This document shows positions 35,401 through 48,400 of a DNA stretch of 64,000 bases, piece after piece; positions within the stretch are counted from its first letter, which is position 1; each line of letters begins with the position of its first letter. Where the stretch lies: assembly GCA_903813345.2 (NCBI GenBank), contig CAIIXF020000001.1, forward strand, positions 43,834,001 through 43,898,000. Reading direction: 5' to 3'. Position numbers and translations under genes: made by a program. The stretch is from Owenia fusiformis (lineage: Eukaryota). The notes below the pieces were generated by a model. It did not search any database. It had not been told where the DNA came from and was given only the letters and a program-made list of their open reading frames with translations.

Positions 35401-38400
35401 TCTGGAGAGACCGTGGTCTTATGTGGACTTAGTTTCGATCTCCGCGATCCTCAAATCTAGATTTTTGATGTGTTGTCTTACTTACCAATGGCTATTTATA
35501 CACTAGGTTTACTCTGTTGTGCAATTTTTTCATTTATTTGTGAATATTAACAACGATTAATATTCTGGAGTAACGGTTAGGATCAAACATGAAATTATTA
35601 TCCCATCGAACAAAGTTCGGAGGGATATAGGGAACGCCTCCGTCCGTCCGTCCATCCGTCCGTACGGGCAATAACTCAAATACCGTTGACCCGATTTTGT
35701 TCATATTTTGTACACATATACCCTATGGGGGTAGAAGTTCTGCTCGAAAGCTGATTTTCAAAATGGCCGCTCATTTCAAAATGGCGGCCATTTTAGTGCC
35801 GAATTTACAGTAATTTAGGTGCAATATGTAAAACTGTAATAGCAATATGTTTTAGATGTAAAAAAATTATATAGGACATTAATAAAGTTAGAAATGTAGA
35901 TATTAAAGAAGCACATGGCAGCCATCTTGAAAAATGGCGGCCTTTACTCGTTATTTTACGATTTTTGCTGTAACTCGAAAAGTAGTGGAGCGATTTTGTT
36001 CATATTTGGTATGTGAATACTATAAACATTGCAGACTGTCTAAAGACACTTTTGGTAGAAGGTGGCCATTTTAAAAAATGGCTGCCATTTTGAAAAATGG
36101 CCACCATTTTAACCTATTTTACTATAACTGGAAAAGTAGTGGAGCGATTTTGTTCATATTTGGTATGTGAATACTATAAGGATGGCACACTGTCTAATGA
36201 CACTTTTGGTAGAAGGCGTCCATTTTTCAAAATGGCCGCCATTTTAACGTATTTCACTATAACTCGAAAGGTAGTGGAGCGATTTTGTTCATATTTGGTA
36301 TGTGAATACTAAAAGCATGGCAAATGGTCTAATGACACTTTTGGTAGAAGGCGGCCATTTTGAAAAATGCCTGCCATTTTTACTATATACTTTGTTTGTA
36401 AAAATGCCATCCATGGCTGTTCGATGGGATTCGCTACGCTTTGGCGTTGCCGTTGTTCTGGTTGAAAATGACGCAGACGTCTTACTCCAAAATATCGTTT
36501 TCTGTTTTAATTTTTTAACAACTGGACAGAACTCTCTTATACAAAAATGATCATTTGAAGTATAGGACGTCTGTGTCTTCGTATTGGACCAGAACTAGCT
36601 TAAAACAAAATTCCTATAAAATATTTATTATCCCATCGAACGAAGTTCGGAGGGATATAGGGTACGCCTCCGTCCGTCCGTCCGTCCGTACGTACGTCTG
36701 TCCGTCCGTCCGTCCGGGCAATAACTCAAATACCGTTGGCCCGATTTTGTTCATATTTTGTACACATATACCCTATGGGGGTAGAAGTTCTGCTCGAAAG
36801 CCGATTTTCAAAATGGCCGCTCATTTCAAAATGGCGGCCACTTTAGTGCCAAATTTACAGTAATTTAGGTGCAATATGTAAAACTGTAATAGCAATATGT
36901 TTGAGATGTAAAAAAATTATATAGGACATTAATAAAGCTAGAAATGTAGATATTAAAGAAGCACATGGCAGCCATCTTGAAAAATGGCGGCCTTTACTCG
37001 TTATTTTACGATTTTTGCTGTAACTTGAAAAGTAGTGGAGCGATTTTGTTCATATTTGTGATGTGAATACTATAAACATTGCACACTGCTTAAAGACACT
37101 TTTGATAGAAGGCGGCCATTTTGAAAAATGGCGGCCATTTTGAAAAATGGCCACCATTTTAATATATTTTACTATAACTCGAAAAGTAGTGGAGTGATTT
37201 TGTTCATATTTGGTATGTGAATACTATAAGCATGACACACTGTCCTATGACACTTTTGGTAGAAGGCGGCCATTTTGAAAAAATTTTTGAAAAATGGCCG
37301 CCATTTTAGCGTATTTTACTATAACTCGAAAAGTAGTGAAGCGATTTTGTTCATATTTGGTATGTGAATACTATAAGCACGGCACACTGTCTAATGGCAC
37401 TTTTGGTAGAAGGTGGCCATTTTGAAAAATGGCCGCCATTTTAACATATTTTACTATAACTTGAAAAGTAGTAGAGCGATTTTGTTCATATTTGGTATGT
37501 GAATACTAAAAGCATGGCACATGGTCTAATGACACTTTTGGTAGAAGGCAGCCATTTTGAAAAATGGCTGCCATTTTTGCTATATACTTTGTTTGTAAAA
37601 ATGCCATCCATGGCTGTTCGATGGGATTCGCTACGCTTTGGCGTTGCCGTTGTTCTGGTTGATTTAGCCATTGCCTGAGATGTTTTATTTTGTCCAAGAA
37701 GAAGTAGCTTTTAAGAAAAAAATTAATTCTGCGAAATAATTGATATTTCTAAATCTAAAATGTCATGCTCTGGGGTCTTCCAAAATTACACAATCCCACC
37801 CCATGGCTATGGTCGCCAAACTTTTGGAGAGAAGTGTAAAACTTTACTATGACATGTTTTTTAACAAATTAGCTAGGGCTCTAGTGTTCACCATAACAAA
37901 TACAACCTTATTTATTGATCATATCAAGTTTTCAAATTGCACAGTAAATCAATATTTCTGCTTATTGCTGTGATTTTTTCCACAAAATAAATTTTTGGGG
38001 AAATCCTGACTGGGGTTTTGTCCAAACCCACCGAACCCCAGGTGCCTACAGCTATGCTTGACTAATTGTTTTGTTTGTATTTCAGGTAATTGGGATGCAT
38101 TATTTCTCTCCAGTGGACAAGATGCAATTGCTAGAGATCATTACCACAGACAAGACATCACAGGATACTGCAGGTCAGTTCAACAATGACATCATTTAAG
38201 AGTCTTGCATTAAAGGTAGTATCAGATCTAGCAAGCAACCTTTACCTTAACAAAAAATGTCTCGGTTATAGAATATTTCTCTATTTTCTAAAAATCCACA
38301 AAGTACAAACTTTATTTGAGGAAGACTAAAGATTTTTACAATATATTGTGTTCATATTTCTGTCAATTCTGTCACCACATTTATCATTTGAGAGCATTTA

Positions 38401-41400
38401 CACATTTGTGACAAATTGTGCACTTTGAATCTTTAATAACTTCACCAATCGATAACATACCACAGATCTTTTGTGAGATATTTCATTTAAATGGTAAATG
38501 ATACATTGAAATGAATACTGTTTTGCTTAATAATTGTGTTGTGATTGTTTTCTGTGCTTAGCTGCTGCTGTAGCTGTAGGCTTGAAGCAAGGCAAGGTTG
38601 TGATCACAGTGAAAGATGGACCAGGTTTCTACACCACCAGAATATTAGCACCAACTCTTGGAGAAATCATCAGACTATTACAGGTCAGGCTCCACCTTTC
38701 TATTCTGGCTCATCATGTCAAAAACCTTGATCTTAACTTTATTATGAGTTTTGTTCTGATTTATACCTCACATTTTATTGAGCCTTTTGGAGGATGTATG
38801 CTATTATATGTTAAGATATGTGAACATAGGAATTTATAATCTTGTAGTATTAGAAGTCCCTGTTCATTCCACACTTCATTCTATTTCGAAGTGCAAATAT
38901 GTTGGACTAGAAACTTGATGCAAGATTACAAATTCCTATGCATGATATGAGCATGAACCAAGAGGTTTAGAAAAATCAGAAAATTCAGAATTTCTTCAAA
39001 AATGACTAAAATTGTTGAAACGAAAGAAAGCTCAGTGAAAAGTGAGTGAAATTATTGAAAATTGGACATCCATCTGAGTGAGTTGGCTTTTTTCCTTTAA
39101 TTTTTTGTTGATCAAAATGACACATTTGGTCAAGGAATTTTTATTCTTGAATTAGGAAAAAGTCAAGAAATTTTGATTCGAAAATATTGTGGCAGCCCTG
39201 ATCAATAAGATTAAAAGTGATTGGATTTATGATAGCACTAGATGTGAAATGAGGATCAGTTCAGATACATCCTCTTTAAATTCAAATCATGAAAATGTAT
39301 TTGATAATTTCAATGCAGGAAGGAGAGTCCCCCAAGAAGCTTGACAAGGCATCTAAGGGCTATGGTTTCCCAGTGGGAGTTGCCACACTGCTAGATGAAG
39401 TAGGTGTCGATGTTGCTGCTCATGTTGCTGAAGATCTCGCTAAAGTGTTTGGGGAGAGATTTGGAGGCTCAAATCCACAAGTACTTAATGATATGGTAGC
39501 TCAAGGATTCTTAGGTACGGATCTAAGACTAAATGTCTCTTCAGTGAACCCTTCCAAGTCATACTTAAACCTTCATGGTCAGGATTTTTTCTTGGCTTTT
39601 TATTAGGATTTTTATTTTATTTTGGTAAGAGGTAGGAGTCTGAGATAAACATGTACTTGAATCATTTATAGAAAAACCTGTTTGTGTAATCATCTTCCAA
39701 AGCAAACATTTTAGATTGTGAATACAATTGATTTCCATGATTATGTTCACCGCTCTCAATTTGACTGATAAATTGGCCAATATCAGCAATGTTCTCTTCA
39801 GACAGGTTTTATTGTATCTTATCGTCAGTATGTTTGGTATACTGCACTTGGATATTTGAGGTTCAGTTGTTCCTCACATAAGGCCAGATTTTTGTCTCAC
39901 TAACCTGGATTTTATTTGGTGATGTCTTGTTGGCATAGGAATCTGGTCAAGAAGAAATGATGAATTTAAAATGGCCAGCATTTCTCAGGAAACTTCTTTC
40001 TGATGTTGCATGTTCACGAGACTTCTGCTCAAGATAAAATTTAATAATCACGTCAAATCATGGGTGTAGATTTTGCCAAAAAGAGACAATACTTCTCTAC
40101 TATTTCCTGGTTATTTCTGATGAGGTAATTAATAGAGGTGTCGTGGGTCAGATATTTTTCTTGTCGGGTTGGGTCAGAAAAAAAGTTTGCAAGTCAAGTA
40201 ATTTCGGATCGGATCAGAAGAAAACAGAAAAATGAATTTGACTTAATATAATTGTTGATCCATCTAAGTGAATACATGGCGCATTTTAAGCCTGCATTAC
40301 TGCATGTTATGCTTTGATAAAGGGAAAATGATAGAAACTTAGCATGAAATCATTCGGTAAGACCCATAAATTATTTTCAGTTCTTAATTAATACATATAC
40401 AAGAAATAGGCCAGCTGGAAGTTAAAAATTTTTGCTGGGAATATAAAACATTTTACGATAATTTATGTTATTATTTCACTGTCATATTCCTCACTGATTG
40501 GTCCATGTCCTACATGTAACTGAATGATGTTCCTCAAGTGTTCTGACCTGACCTGAAAGTGGTAAGTACAGTAGTTGTTTGTGACCTGACCCGAGACTTC
40601 AACCCAATATTTAGGTCGACTTCGGGTCAGTTTGACACCTCTAGTATCTAATAAATTATGTTTTGTTCCATGGGATTTTCTAGTTGGTCTATGTCTTGCA
40701 AATGAATAAAAAATAATAAGCGAAACTAGTATTGACTTGAAGTGACACTAGCTGTACACGTGACTGGTGAATATCAAACTGAATATTTGTTTTTTACCGT
40801 TTATTGTAATTTAAAATGTGACAGTGATAATTGTTTCCTGTAGAATTATATGACTGTCATTCTCTCGGCTTGTTACCACATCCTTATCTCATCTTATCTG
40901 CTATTGGCACTTTGAGATTTTGAAAAACAACTCTTGACTGAGTTGAATGCTTTCATTTTGTTTAATTGTATGTTTTATTCTAATGATGAAATACAAATTT
41001 TTCGTTCTATAGCTATTGATTCAATACTGGAGCCTTAACATACATGTAGGATTCGAGCATTCTTATTAAATTTGAAATGACAAATTGATAAACTTAAAGA
41101 TTTAATAAAATGGCAGAAAAAATCTCTTCTTAGCTTCTACTTACAACTCAAAACAACACTTTAGTCATTTCAAATGCAGAACTAGTAAAATTACCCTCAA
41201 AAACATGATTTAACAAAATGAAACTTTCAGTTTCAATTTGTTTATTTCACAAAACACATACAATATACATAATACAATGAGTGGGTGACACAAGGGTTTG
41301 TGTCTATTCCCAAGATGGAGAAAATTTACAAAGTATGTTAGAGTGGTGTATGTTAGATGTTAAACCATGTAAACTGTCAACCTCTAAAATGTTATTTGCC

Positions 41401-43329
41401 TACATTTTATGATTTCCGAAAAAATATGATTTTGTCAATAAAAATAAAACCATGGCCTGTACCGCTAGGTGATCGATACTAAAACCTTCCTTGTCAGGAT
41501 TTGCTCTTGGCTTTTTAGGATTTTTATTTTATTTTGGCAGGTAGAAGCCCGAGATAAAAATATATTTGAATCATTTATAGAAAAACCTGTTTTTGTGAAA
41601 ATCATCCTAAGTAAACATTTTAGATTGAACAATTGATTTCCATGCTTATGCTAACCCCTCTCAATTTGACTGATATTGGCAATGTAAGCAATGTTCTCTT
41701 TAGACAGGTTTCACTGTATTGTATAATCAGTGTATAACTTTCTATAGTATACTGCATTGGAATATTGGGCCTGGAGTTGCTCCTTACACAAGGCCAGATT
41801 TTTTGTCTCACTCACCTAGAAGTCAACTTAAGTGAAGGTTGCATGAAAGGTGCAATGAAACAGGTTTAAACATACTTTTGTACATGTATTAAATCTTAAA
41901 ATGAAATCTTCTGGGTTGACAAAGCTTTTTATAGCACTGAAGTGCAAATACCCGATCCTACTTCTACTTTGATGCATTTGTATCGTAAGAATCAGAAACA
42001 ATTGTACTTGTGCCCAAAATCCTATGGAGGTGGAATGCAGGTGTGATACTGTAGTTACATTGAATAACTTTTGCAGGTCGTAAGTCTGGCAAGGGGGTGT
42101 ACCTCTACCAAGCAGGTGTCAAGGAGAGACAGGAAAATGAGGCGTGTCTAGATATATTTAAGAACTATCGTATACAACCAAAGACTGAGTAAGTTGAAAT
42201 AAATTGTTTATGTCATGAAACTTAAACAATAAAGTTCAAATGATTTTGAAAGAGAGTGAAAAATACATTATTCTCTGACTATCTGCCATCATTTTTTGTC
42301 ACCTCAACAAGCGGTGACATATTATTATAGTCTCCAACTTTTTTGTGGATGGCAGTTGGTGTTCAGGGTTCAGCGTCTGTAACAAATGGCATCTGTAACA
42401 AATGGCAGGTGGTAACATTTTGCATGCCAATACCTTGTGTTATGTAACTATTATAGCAGACCTAGATTTAACAAGGCCACAATTACTAACAATTAAAAGT
42501 CAGATATAACTTCAAAGAATTAATTCAAAATTGTATGTTGCAGAAATTCTGTTGAGGAAATCCAACTTAGAATGGTGTGTAGATTTGTGAATGAAGCAGT
42601 GCTGTGTTTACAAGAAGGCATTCTCAATACACCTGTAAGTACATAATACCCCATGATGTCCTTCTGTCTGTAACAACTTAATGCACTTTTGTGTCTGCAT
42701 AGTACATCATAGAATTTAATACTTTTACCTTATTTTTACCATTCGGTATAAAAGAGTTTTGATAATTTGAATACAACGTTCATCTAAATTTGTATTTCAC
42801 ATTGCGATAAATGTACATGTATGTGTTTTTGTCAACTCCAGGCTGATGGGGACATAGGTGCAGTGTTTGGACTGGGATTCCCACCAATGAGAGGAGGTAA
42901 TTGCCCAAAATTCTTTTCATTCATGCATTAAATCCAGAGTAGATAAGTGGTCAAAAAATAAGATGGAGATTAATCATATTAGGGATTCAAGCAGACATTC
43001 AATGCTGTATTTTCAAGCAATAGAGTCATCTTCTTGTTACTTTGTGTCAATGCTTTTCTGTTTATTTTTTCTGTCACCAACATTAAGAGATGACATATTG
43101 TTATAGCCAGTGTATTTTTGTCAGCGCTTGTTTTAGTAGTTATATCCTCTTTATAAGTATTATTTATACATTTCTTCCAGGTCCATTCATGTTTGTGGAC
43201 ACTTATGGTGCTGATAAACTAGTAGAGAAGATGCAACAGTTTGAGTCATTATATGGCCCACAATTCGCTCCATGCCAGATGATGCTAGATTACGCAAAAG
43301 ACACTACGAAAAAATTCAGAGCAAAATGA
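20500..43329 (+). CDS. HADHA: Mitochondrial trifunctional enzyme alpha subunit (enoyl-CoA hydratase / long-chain 3-hydroxyacyl-CoA dehydrogenase)
   Basis: Twenty GT-AG phase-consistent exons: 20500-20566, 22860-22907, 23313-23383, 25695-25828, 26344-26602, 26944-27046, 27449-27574, 27870-27988, 28330-28386, 28882-28991, 29222-29392, 29547-29682, 30115-30201, 38086-38173, 38562-38683, 39319-39514, 42077-42188, 42544-42634, 42842-42896, 43181-43329. Motifs include [34 protein letters not shown] (NAD binding), [22 protein letters not shown] and GRKSGKG. Confidence 0.97.
20905..22115. repeat. Compound palindromic MITE cluster in HADHA intron 1
   Basis: 21120-21270 is inverted relative to 21425-21575. 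The whole 21180-21500 unit recurs inverted at 21645-21970. Partial direct copies occur at 20905-21045. Confidence 0.75.
22330..22630 (+). mobile_element. DNA-transposon terminal fragment with a long poly-G tract and subterminal repeats
   Basis: ctcc(G)n ttctcccatata start followed by repeated agatatgggtcctattttg units. The superfamily is not assigned. Confidence 0.45.
23466..25290. mobile_element. ~1.8-kb non-autonomous TIR DNA transposon in HADHA intron 3
   Basis: ta|ttcacctttcca ... tggaaaggtgaa|ta, plus the subterminal inverted motif tgacgtcaatgg.agaaa / tttctcccattgacgtca. Confidence 0.65.
31343..31756. mobile_element. Tourist/PIF-Harbinger-like MITE
   Basis: taa|ggggaggcatcaaaagttcaatgtctgatag ... 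ctatcagacattgatcttttgatgcctcccc|taa: ~50-bp TIR with a TAA target-site duplication. Confidence 0.8.
32092..32544 (-). CDS. Single-exon secreted neuropeptide precursor, NKY-like (predicted mature peptide [40 protein letters not shown]2), nested antisense in HADHA intron 13
   Basis: 150 aa from Met at 32544. It has a hydrophobic signal-peptide-like N-terminus ([21 protein letters not shown]), furin-type RARR and RHRR sites, a Gln-initiated peptide and a terminal RYG-stop amidation signal. On the minus strand there is TATATAAG at 32645-32652 and AATAAA at 31817-31822 and 31786-31791. Confidence 0.78.
   Translation of the reverse strand: MMKLILSFVHLYLLMDMAGGAVLMHVASENLKDKPEKQQDIILTDIDSKYMHETFVPKKLMKASQDGSREHMPQLKKLINKFDDNTENPKASIVTTRARRSIHSRHPIRHRRQSGIYMWHPLTGGFYLFGFDEAAYRSDDNSRSRIPRYG
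32645..32652 (-). promoter_or_regulatory. Candidate TATA box of the nested neuropeptide gene
   Basis: Minus-strand TATATAAG about 100 bp upstream of the signal-peptide Met at 32544. Confidence 0.5.
32775..33365. repeat. Degenerate tandem-unit repeat (HINE-like central repeats)
   Basis: Recurring ggatttggttcaaa...gcctag...gctcgagaaggaattttcaag...aaaatggc units. Confidence 0.55.
34780..35450 (-). pseudogene. Decayed Tc1-like DDE transposase fragment
   Basis: ORF 34880-35110 reads LQNDHA...[20 protein letters not shown], a decayed form of the Tc1 consensus FQQDNA...LPWPxxSPDLNPIEHLWDEL. The boundaries are approximate. Confidence 0.65.
35595..36463 (+). mobile_element. HINE family A, copy 2
   Basis: Same termini, (GTCC)n tract and ~120-bp units as 14766-16204, with fewer central units. 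Confidence 0.8.
36625..37660 (+). mobile_element. HINE family A, copy 3 (tandem with copy 2)
   Basis: Near-identical termini and body to copy 2, with more central units and a longer microsatellite. Confidence 0.8.
39568..41820 (+). repeat. Diverged ~340-bp direct duplication (39568-39910 and ~41482-41820) in HADHA intron 16
   Basis: Collinear blocks aaaccttc..gtcaggattt..cttggcttttt, gaatcatttatagaaaaacctgttt, agcaatgttctctt.agacaggttt and aaggccagatttttgtctcact occur in both copies. Confidence 0.75.
40133..40643. mobile_element. hAT-like MITE
   Basis: TIR tagaggtgtc / gacacctcta with flanking 8-mers gtaattaa / gtatctaa (degenerate 8-bp target-site duplication). Confidence 0.6.
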
Positions 43330-45413
43330 AAATTGAGCATGATAGGAAATAGTGTATGAACATAATTATAATTAATATATGGAAATTTAATTTCATGCCA
43401 AATGTATGTTTAAAGAACTGTGATTTTTGTCACCAGTGCAAAGCATTATATGTACAGTATAGTGGAATGGACATGTTTTGTCACTTAGTGTCTGTTTTTC
43501 TGTGAATACACAATTTTGACATATTATCCTTATTTATTTTTGTATATGATTTCTAAACTTTTGACTACATGACATGTTTATACAAAGCAAATGTGTTGGA
43601 ACTTTATAATGAAATATGAATGCTCAGTATTAATTTTTCATTCCAATGAAAATAAGTAACATGGAACTGAATGTAATAAGTGGACTTAATAAGTTTCAGT
43701 TACAGACACCATGTCAGCTGGCATGATAGAATGTAGATTTTATACCCAGATGTGGCCTTCTTTGATTGTTCTAGTTTATTCTTCTAGTTGACTATTTTGA
43801 ATGTGATAATTTGTATGTACTTGTCTCATATAGAAATACAGAAAGCAATGCAATGTACAAAGGCAAGACATTATTTGTTCTGTTATTAAATTAATTCTTA
43901 TTATTTTTCTGTTAAAATAATTTCAGATTAAATGTCAACATTTTTCATGAAGATGTCCATTTCATAGTTGTTTCACAATCAAGCAAATTATTTTTTGCTT
44001 CAGACTTGAAAACATTTAATCCCCATATTTTTTCCCCTTTATTGGTTAAAGGATTTAAGCCCTGGACTCAGAGCATTGTTTGCTGAATCATACCATGAAG
44101 GTTTCCAAACCTTTGCATGACCGAGCAGCGGGAGTGCAAAGTTTTGGAAACAAAGCCTGAGTGGAATGAAGCAGCTACAATGCATTGAGTCTTGGGCTTA
44201 AATTCTTTTCACACATTGCAAATCGTTTTCTTTAAAATCATCTAAAAGGAACGAAAAAAGAACACATTTTCAATGAAATTTTTGCAAGGGTCAAGTTGGC
44301 AAGTCATCAAATCCAATGTGAAAGATCCACTCATCACCATGACAACTGTTTAACTAGTGACCTTGCATGTGTTATTGATATTTCACACACTGTTCATTAT
44401 GTGATGAATACTCTGTTCAGATTGGTTGGAATGCTATGTGTGAATTGTAAATTATGTACCATTAAAAATACCATCCCTGGGTATATTTGCATGCAAAATG
44501 AGATTACGAAATGATGAGTCAGGATATCGACTTAGAAAATATCGATTACTGAAATGTCTGGAACTTAATATTTTATCCTTCTGAGAGCCCAAAAATATCA
44601 ATTTGTATCATGATTAATGAAAAATATTGTCATCAATGTGTGTGACTTTTTAGGATGAAAGATGGCAACATCCTGCATGGGGTAAAAAGATGGCTGTATC
44701 TGTTAGTCATATATGCTAGAATTGAAAAAATTTTGAGTCCAAATACTTAATGAATGTATTTTGCCCAATCAAGCTGAGAACACCTTTACTGTTTCAATTT
44801 TACAATCTCTATACATGACCTGGATGATGAATTGTCAGATTCAATTCAAAAATTAGAAGCAGAACACTGTACTTACAATGTGAAAACTAAAAGTGAAGCA
44901 AATTTTTTTCTGATATTTCTTACATCAAATGGCAGCCATCTTGTTTCCCCCCTTCAAATTACTAGTAAACTGGAGGGAAAACCAAATATTTGTAAAATAG
45001 AAAGCTAAAATAATTCATTTAATATTCAAATAAAATGCAAAGCTTTTGAAAATATTACATACATTACACATACATTTACATGAATAATACATATTATTTC
45101 TGTATCAATCTTTATTTATTATATAAAAAATGTAATCAATGACAAGACACTGAAGGCATACATGTTCTATATATACATGCTCTCACAATTGCAATTAAGT
45201 GTCAGCCTCTACTGAAAATAAATTGGAATGATACATTGTTTCACTCCTCACTGTGAGAGACAGTTTTATGATGTTGGTATTTCTTCCCACTTTCACTGTA
45301 GTAAAGTTTATCTTTGCAAAAGATTGAGATCCTGCCTGGGGTTGAAGTGTCTCTTTCATCTCAGTGGCCCTTCACCCTTTCCATAATGCATCTACAATTG
45401 TCCATCCACCTTG

Positions 45414-48400
45414 TTACCACTGGGGTGGTGGCCCCCCTCTTGGTGGAGGGGGTCGCATACCTCTTGGGGGTGGTGGCATACCTGGCCCACCTGGGGGTGG
45501 CGGTCTCATGCCCCTGGGGGGTGGGGGCATACCCCTGGGAGGCATACCTCGGCCTGGTCCTGAAATTAATGAGGAAAATAATAAATACTACTGTATTTTT
45601 GTATTGTTAGGAAAATGTAATATGTGTAATAAACTATTTTAACTAACTTATTAATTATGTTTAACATGTCAACATGCTCCAAAATCACAATTTATAAAAC
45701 CATATAAGCAATAAGTTCAGGAAGCAATCAGTTTGTATAAATGATGACTTACCAAATGGGGGAGGGGGTCCTCTCCAGCCTGGAGGGGGTCGCATCCCTG
45801 GAGGAGGCCGCATTCCTGGGGGAGGGGGCATTGGAGGCATCCCAGGAGGTGGGGGCATCCCTGGCGGGGGTGGCATACCTTTATAAAGAACAAAAGACAA
45901 TGAATTTTCTTTGATTTATATTTCATATATTTATTAATATTATGAATAATTTAATAAATATTTCCCTGAATACAAGCGTAACAACTTTGACAAGTAAGTT
46001 GTCTTTAAATAAGGGGAAATTGGCAATTATCCCAATTACAATTCAAAGTACATGGTTCAAAGTTAAACATAGATATTAAGTATTTCTACAATCATAGGTT
46101 GTACCTGGTGGCGGGGGCATCCTGGGTGGGGGACCCTGTGACTGTTGGTTGTTCTGGTTGCCGTCTTGGCCACTGTTGCTGTTGCTGGTGTTTGGGAGAG
46201 GGGGCTGCTGGGGTGGGGGAGGACGCATTGGGGGTGGAGGATATGGCATGCTCCCTACAAAACAAGTACAAATTATATAATACACATGTACAATATTAGT
46301 CAAAATATTTTGAATTTGCACTTGTTGAAAATATCTGATAAAATATATGTGGTTACATTTTTTAGGATTGGAGTATCCCTAAACATTGGCTCTCAAGGGA
46401 AAGCCCGTGCCCTGAGCAAAAAAATTTATCTATATCTTACATGTACACATTGACAGAAATGGCTTACAATACTTTAACTTGTAATCAATTTTACCGGCCT
46501 AAGAAGCATTTACCTGGTGGAGGCATGGGTGGAGGAGGTAAATAGTTCCCCGGGGGAGGCATAGGGGGTGGAGGCATCCCAGGGGGTGGCATCATCCCCC
46601 CTGGTGGAGGCATGGGGGGTGGTCCTGACATTGGGGGCATGTTTGGAGGTCCACCTGAAAACACATAAACATGTACATACATTTATATTTATATGTATCA
46701 CGCCTAACCATCGACAAGGTACAGTCACGTGACATTGACAAAATATACCGTAGTACACTTTTGATGTACTTATAATGTCATTTCCACCATTTTAGATCGC
46801 CATTTTCTAGAATGAGGAAGCGAGGAAAGAACTAGCATTGATTTGATCAATATTGTGTCAGTTCATCATCAGGTAGTTGTTGCATTCGATTTGTAATTAA
46901 GTTGCAAATATGCATATCTACTTTAAATGATCCTCAGCAACTTCAATATCTTGTTATAGATCTACCCAGCACGTCAGGGATCTCTAAATCTTGACTGAAT
47001 TTCTCAAAATTCTCTCTAATTTTTGTTTTGCTATGCAAATAACAGCCAAACTACGACTAACACAACTTAAGATAAGTATACAAATATGCATTCAGAGTTA
47101 ATGCAAAACCGATTTTTACTTTGGATTCTACTACGAAAAATAGATAATGTATGTTGTCAACTCGAATGTATGTTGTCACATTGGCCTTACAGATCTCAAT
47201 TCACAGTTAATTTTACAGTGAATGAAATGCTATAATGTACAGTACGTGTAATAGAAGGAACATATTTGATAATAAAGTAATAATATTTAATAGGCATATC
47301 AGATATATTTACCCTAATATTTTTTCCGTTAATCCATAAAATTGTCATTGATATGATTAAATGTCAATGTTACTAATTCTTTTTTTGTGTTCCATACCTG
47401 GCTTTTGAACTTCTGCACTTTCCAGATATACAGTGTCCCAAAGTATGCCCCCCTCCCTAGGCAGACATATACCAATGTCTCCATAGTATGTGTCATATAT
47501 CATTTTTAAGCTTATCCAAAGTTACATTGATTTGCCAAATATGATGGTTCAAATGGTAAAAAGTAACAGGCATTTCAAAAATTAGCGTTTTGCCAAAAAG
47601 ATAGTTCATTTCAGTATCCTGGAAACAGCCCTGACCTGAATGTGACAGAAAATATGGATACCATTCTCGAAGATAGGATGGCTATTGAGGTCTAAAAAGA
47701 TGACGTTTACGTTTAGGGTAGATACTCCAAGGAAACTCTTCTTATGCCTTAAAAAGGTTTCATGAGGATTACGAAACGCCATATCCCTATTTGAAGCCTG
47801 TTTAAGGTCATATATGGAAAGTATTGCTGCTGTTAACATGGCGGCTAAGGAGACACACCGACTATTGTTTTGGTGTAAAACTGACTTTAATTTTGGCCAA
47901 ACACTAACTTTTGTATTCCTGTAACTTTTTTCCATTTGTGAGTTGAACCATGATACTCGGCAAATTAATATAACTTTGGATGAGCTTTAAAATGATATAT
48001 GACACATACTATGGAGACATTGGTATATGTCTGCCTAGGGGGCCCATACTTTCGGGACACCCTATAGCATAAATTTTGAAAGTCATCTTGGATTAGCTAG
48101 TATAGATCTCTCCATGAACTCCTTGAGATTATTAAAATTCATAAAAGTGCAACTAAACAAAACGTAACGTACCGACGCCGAGTGGCCAAAAAGGTCGGAA
48201 GATATCACGCCATGGTCACATATTAATCACCATATTAACACTTTCATAAAATAAAATAGCATTCAACGAAAAAATGACGTTTACCTGTGTATCTGTACTA
48301 GGGATACAGGAGCATGTTTGTTGAACATCACTTGTTACGCATAAAACCCTTAATGCATTTTGAAATTAAATCATTGCAATGTTTAATATTATAACTCATG

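Noticed and set aside
36097..37697. Short repeated ORFs ([26 protein letters not shown]), also at 15156-15845
   Set aside because: They are translations of non-coding HINE tandem units.
45314..46453. Gly/Val-rich plus-strand ORFs
   Set aside because: They are antisense shadows of the Pro-rich SF3B4 exons.
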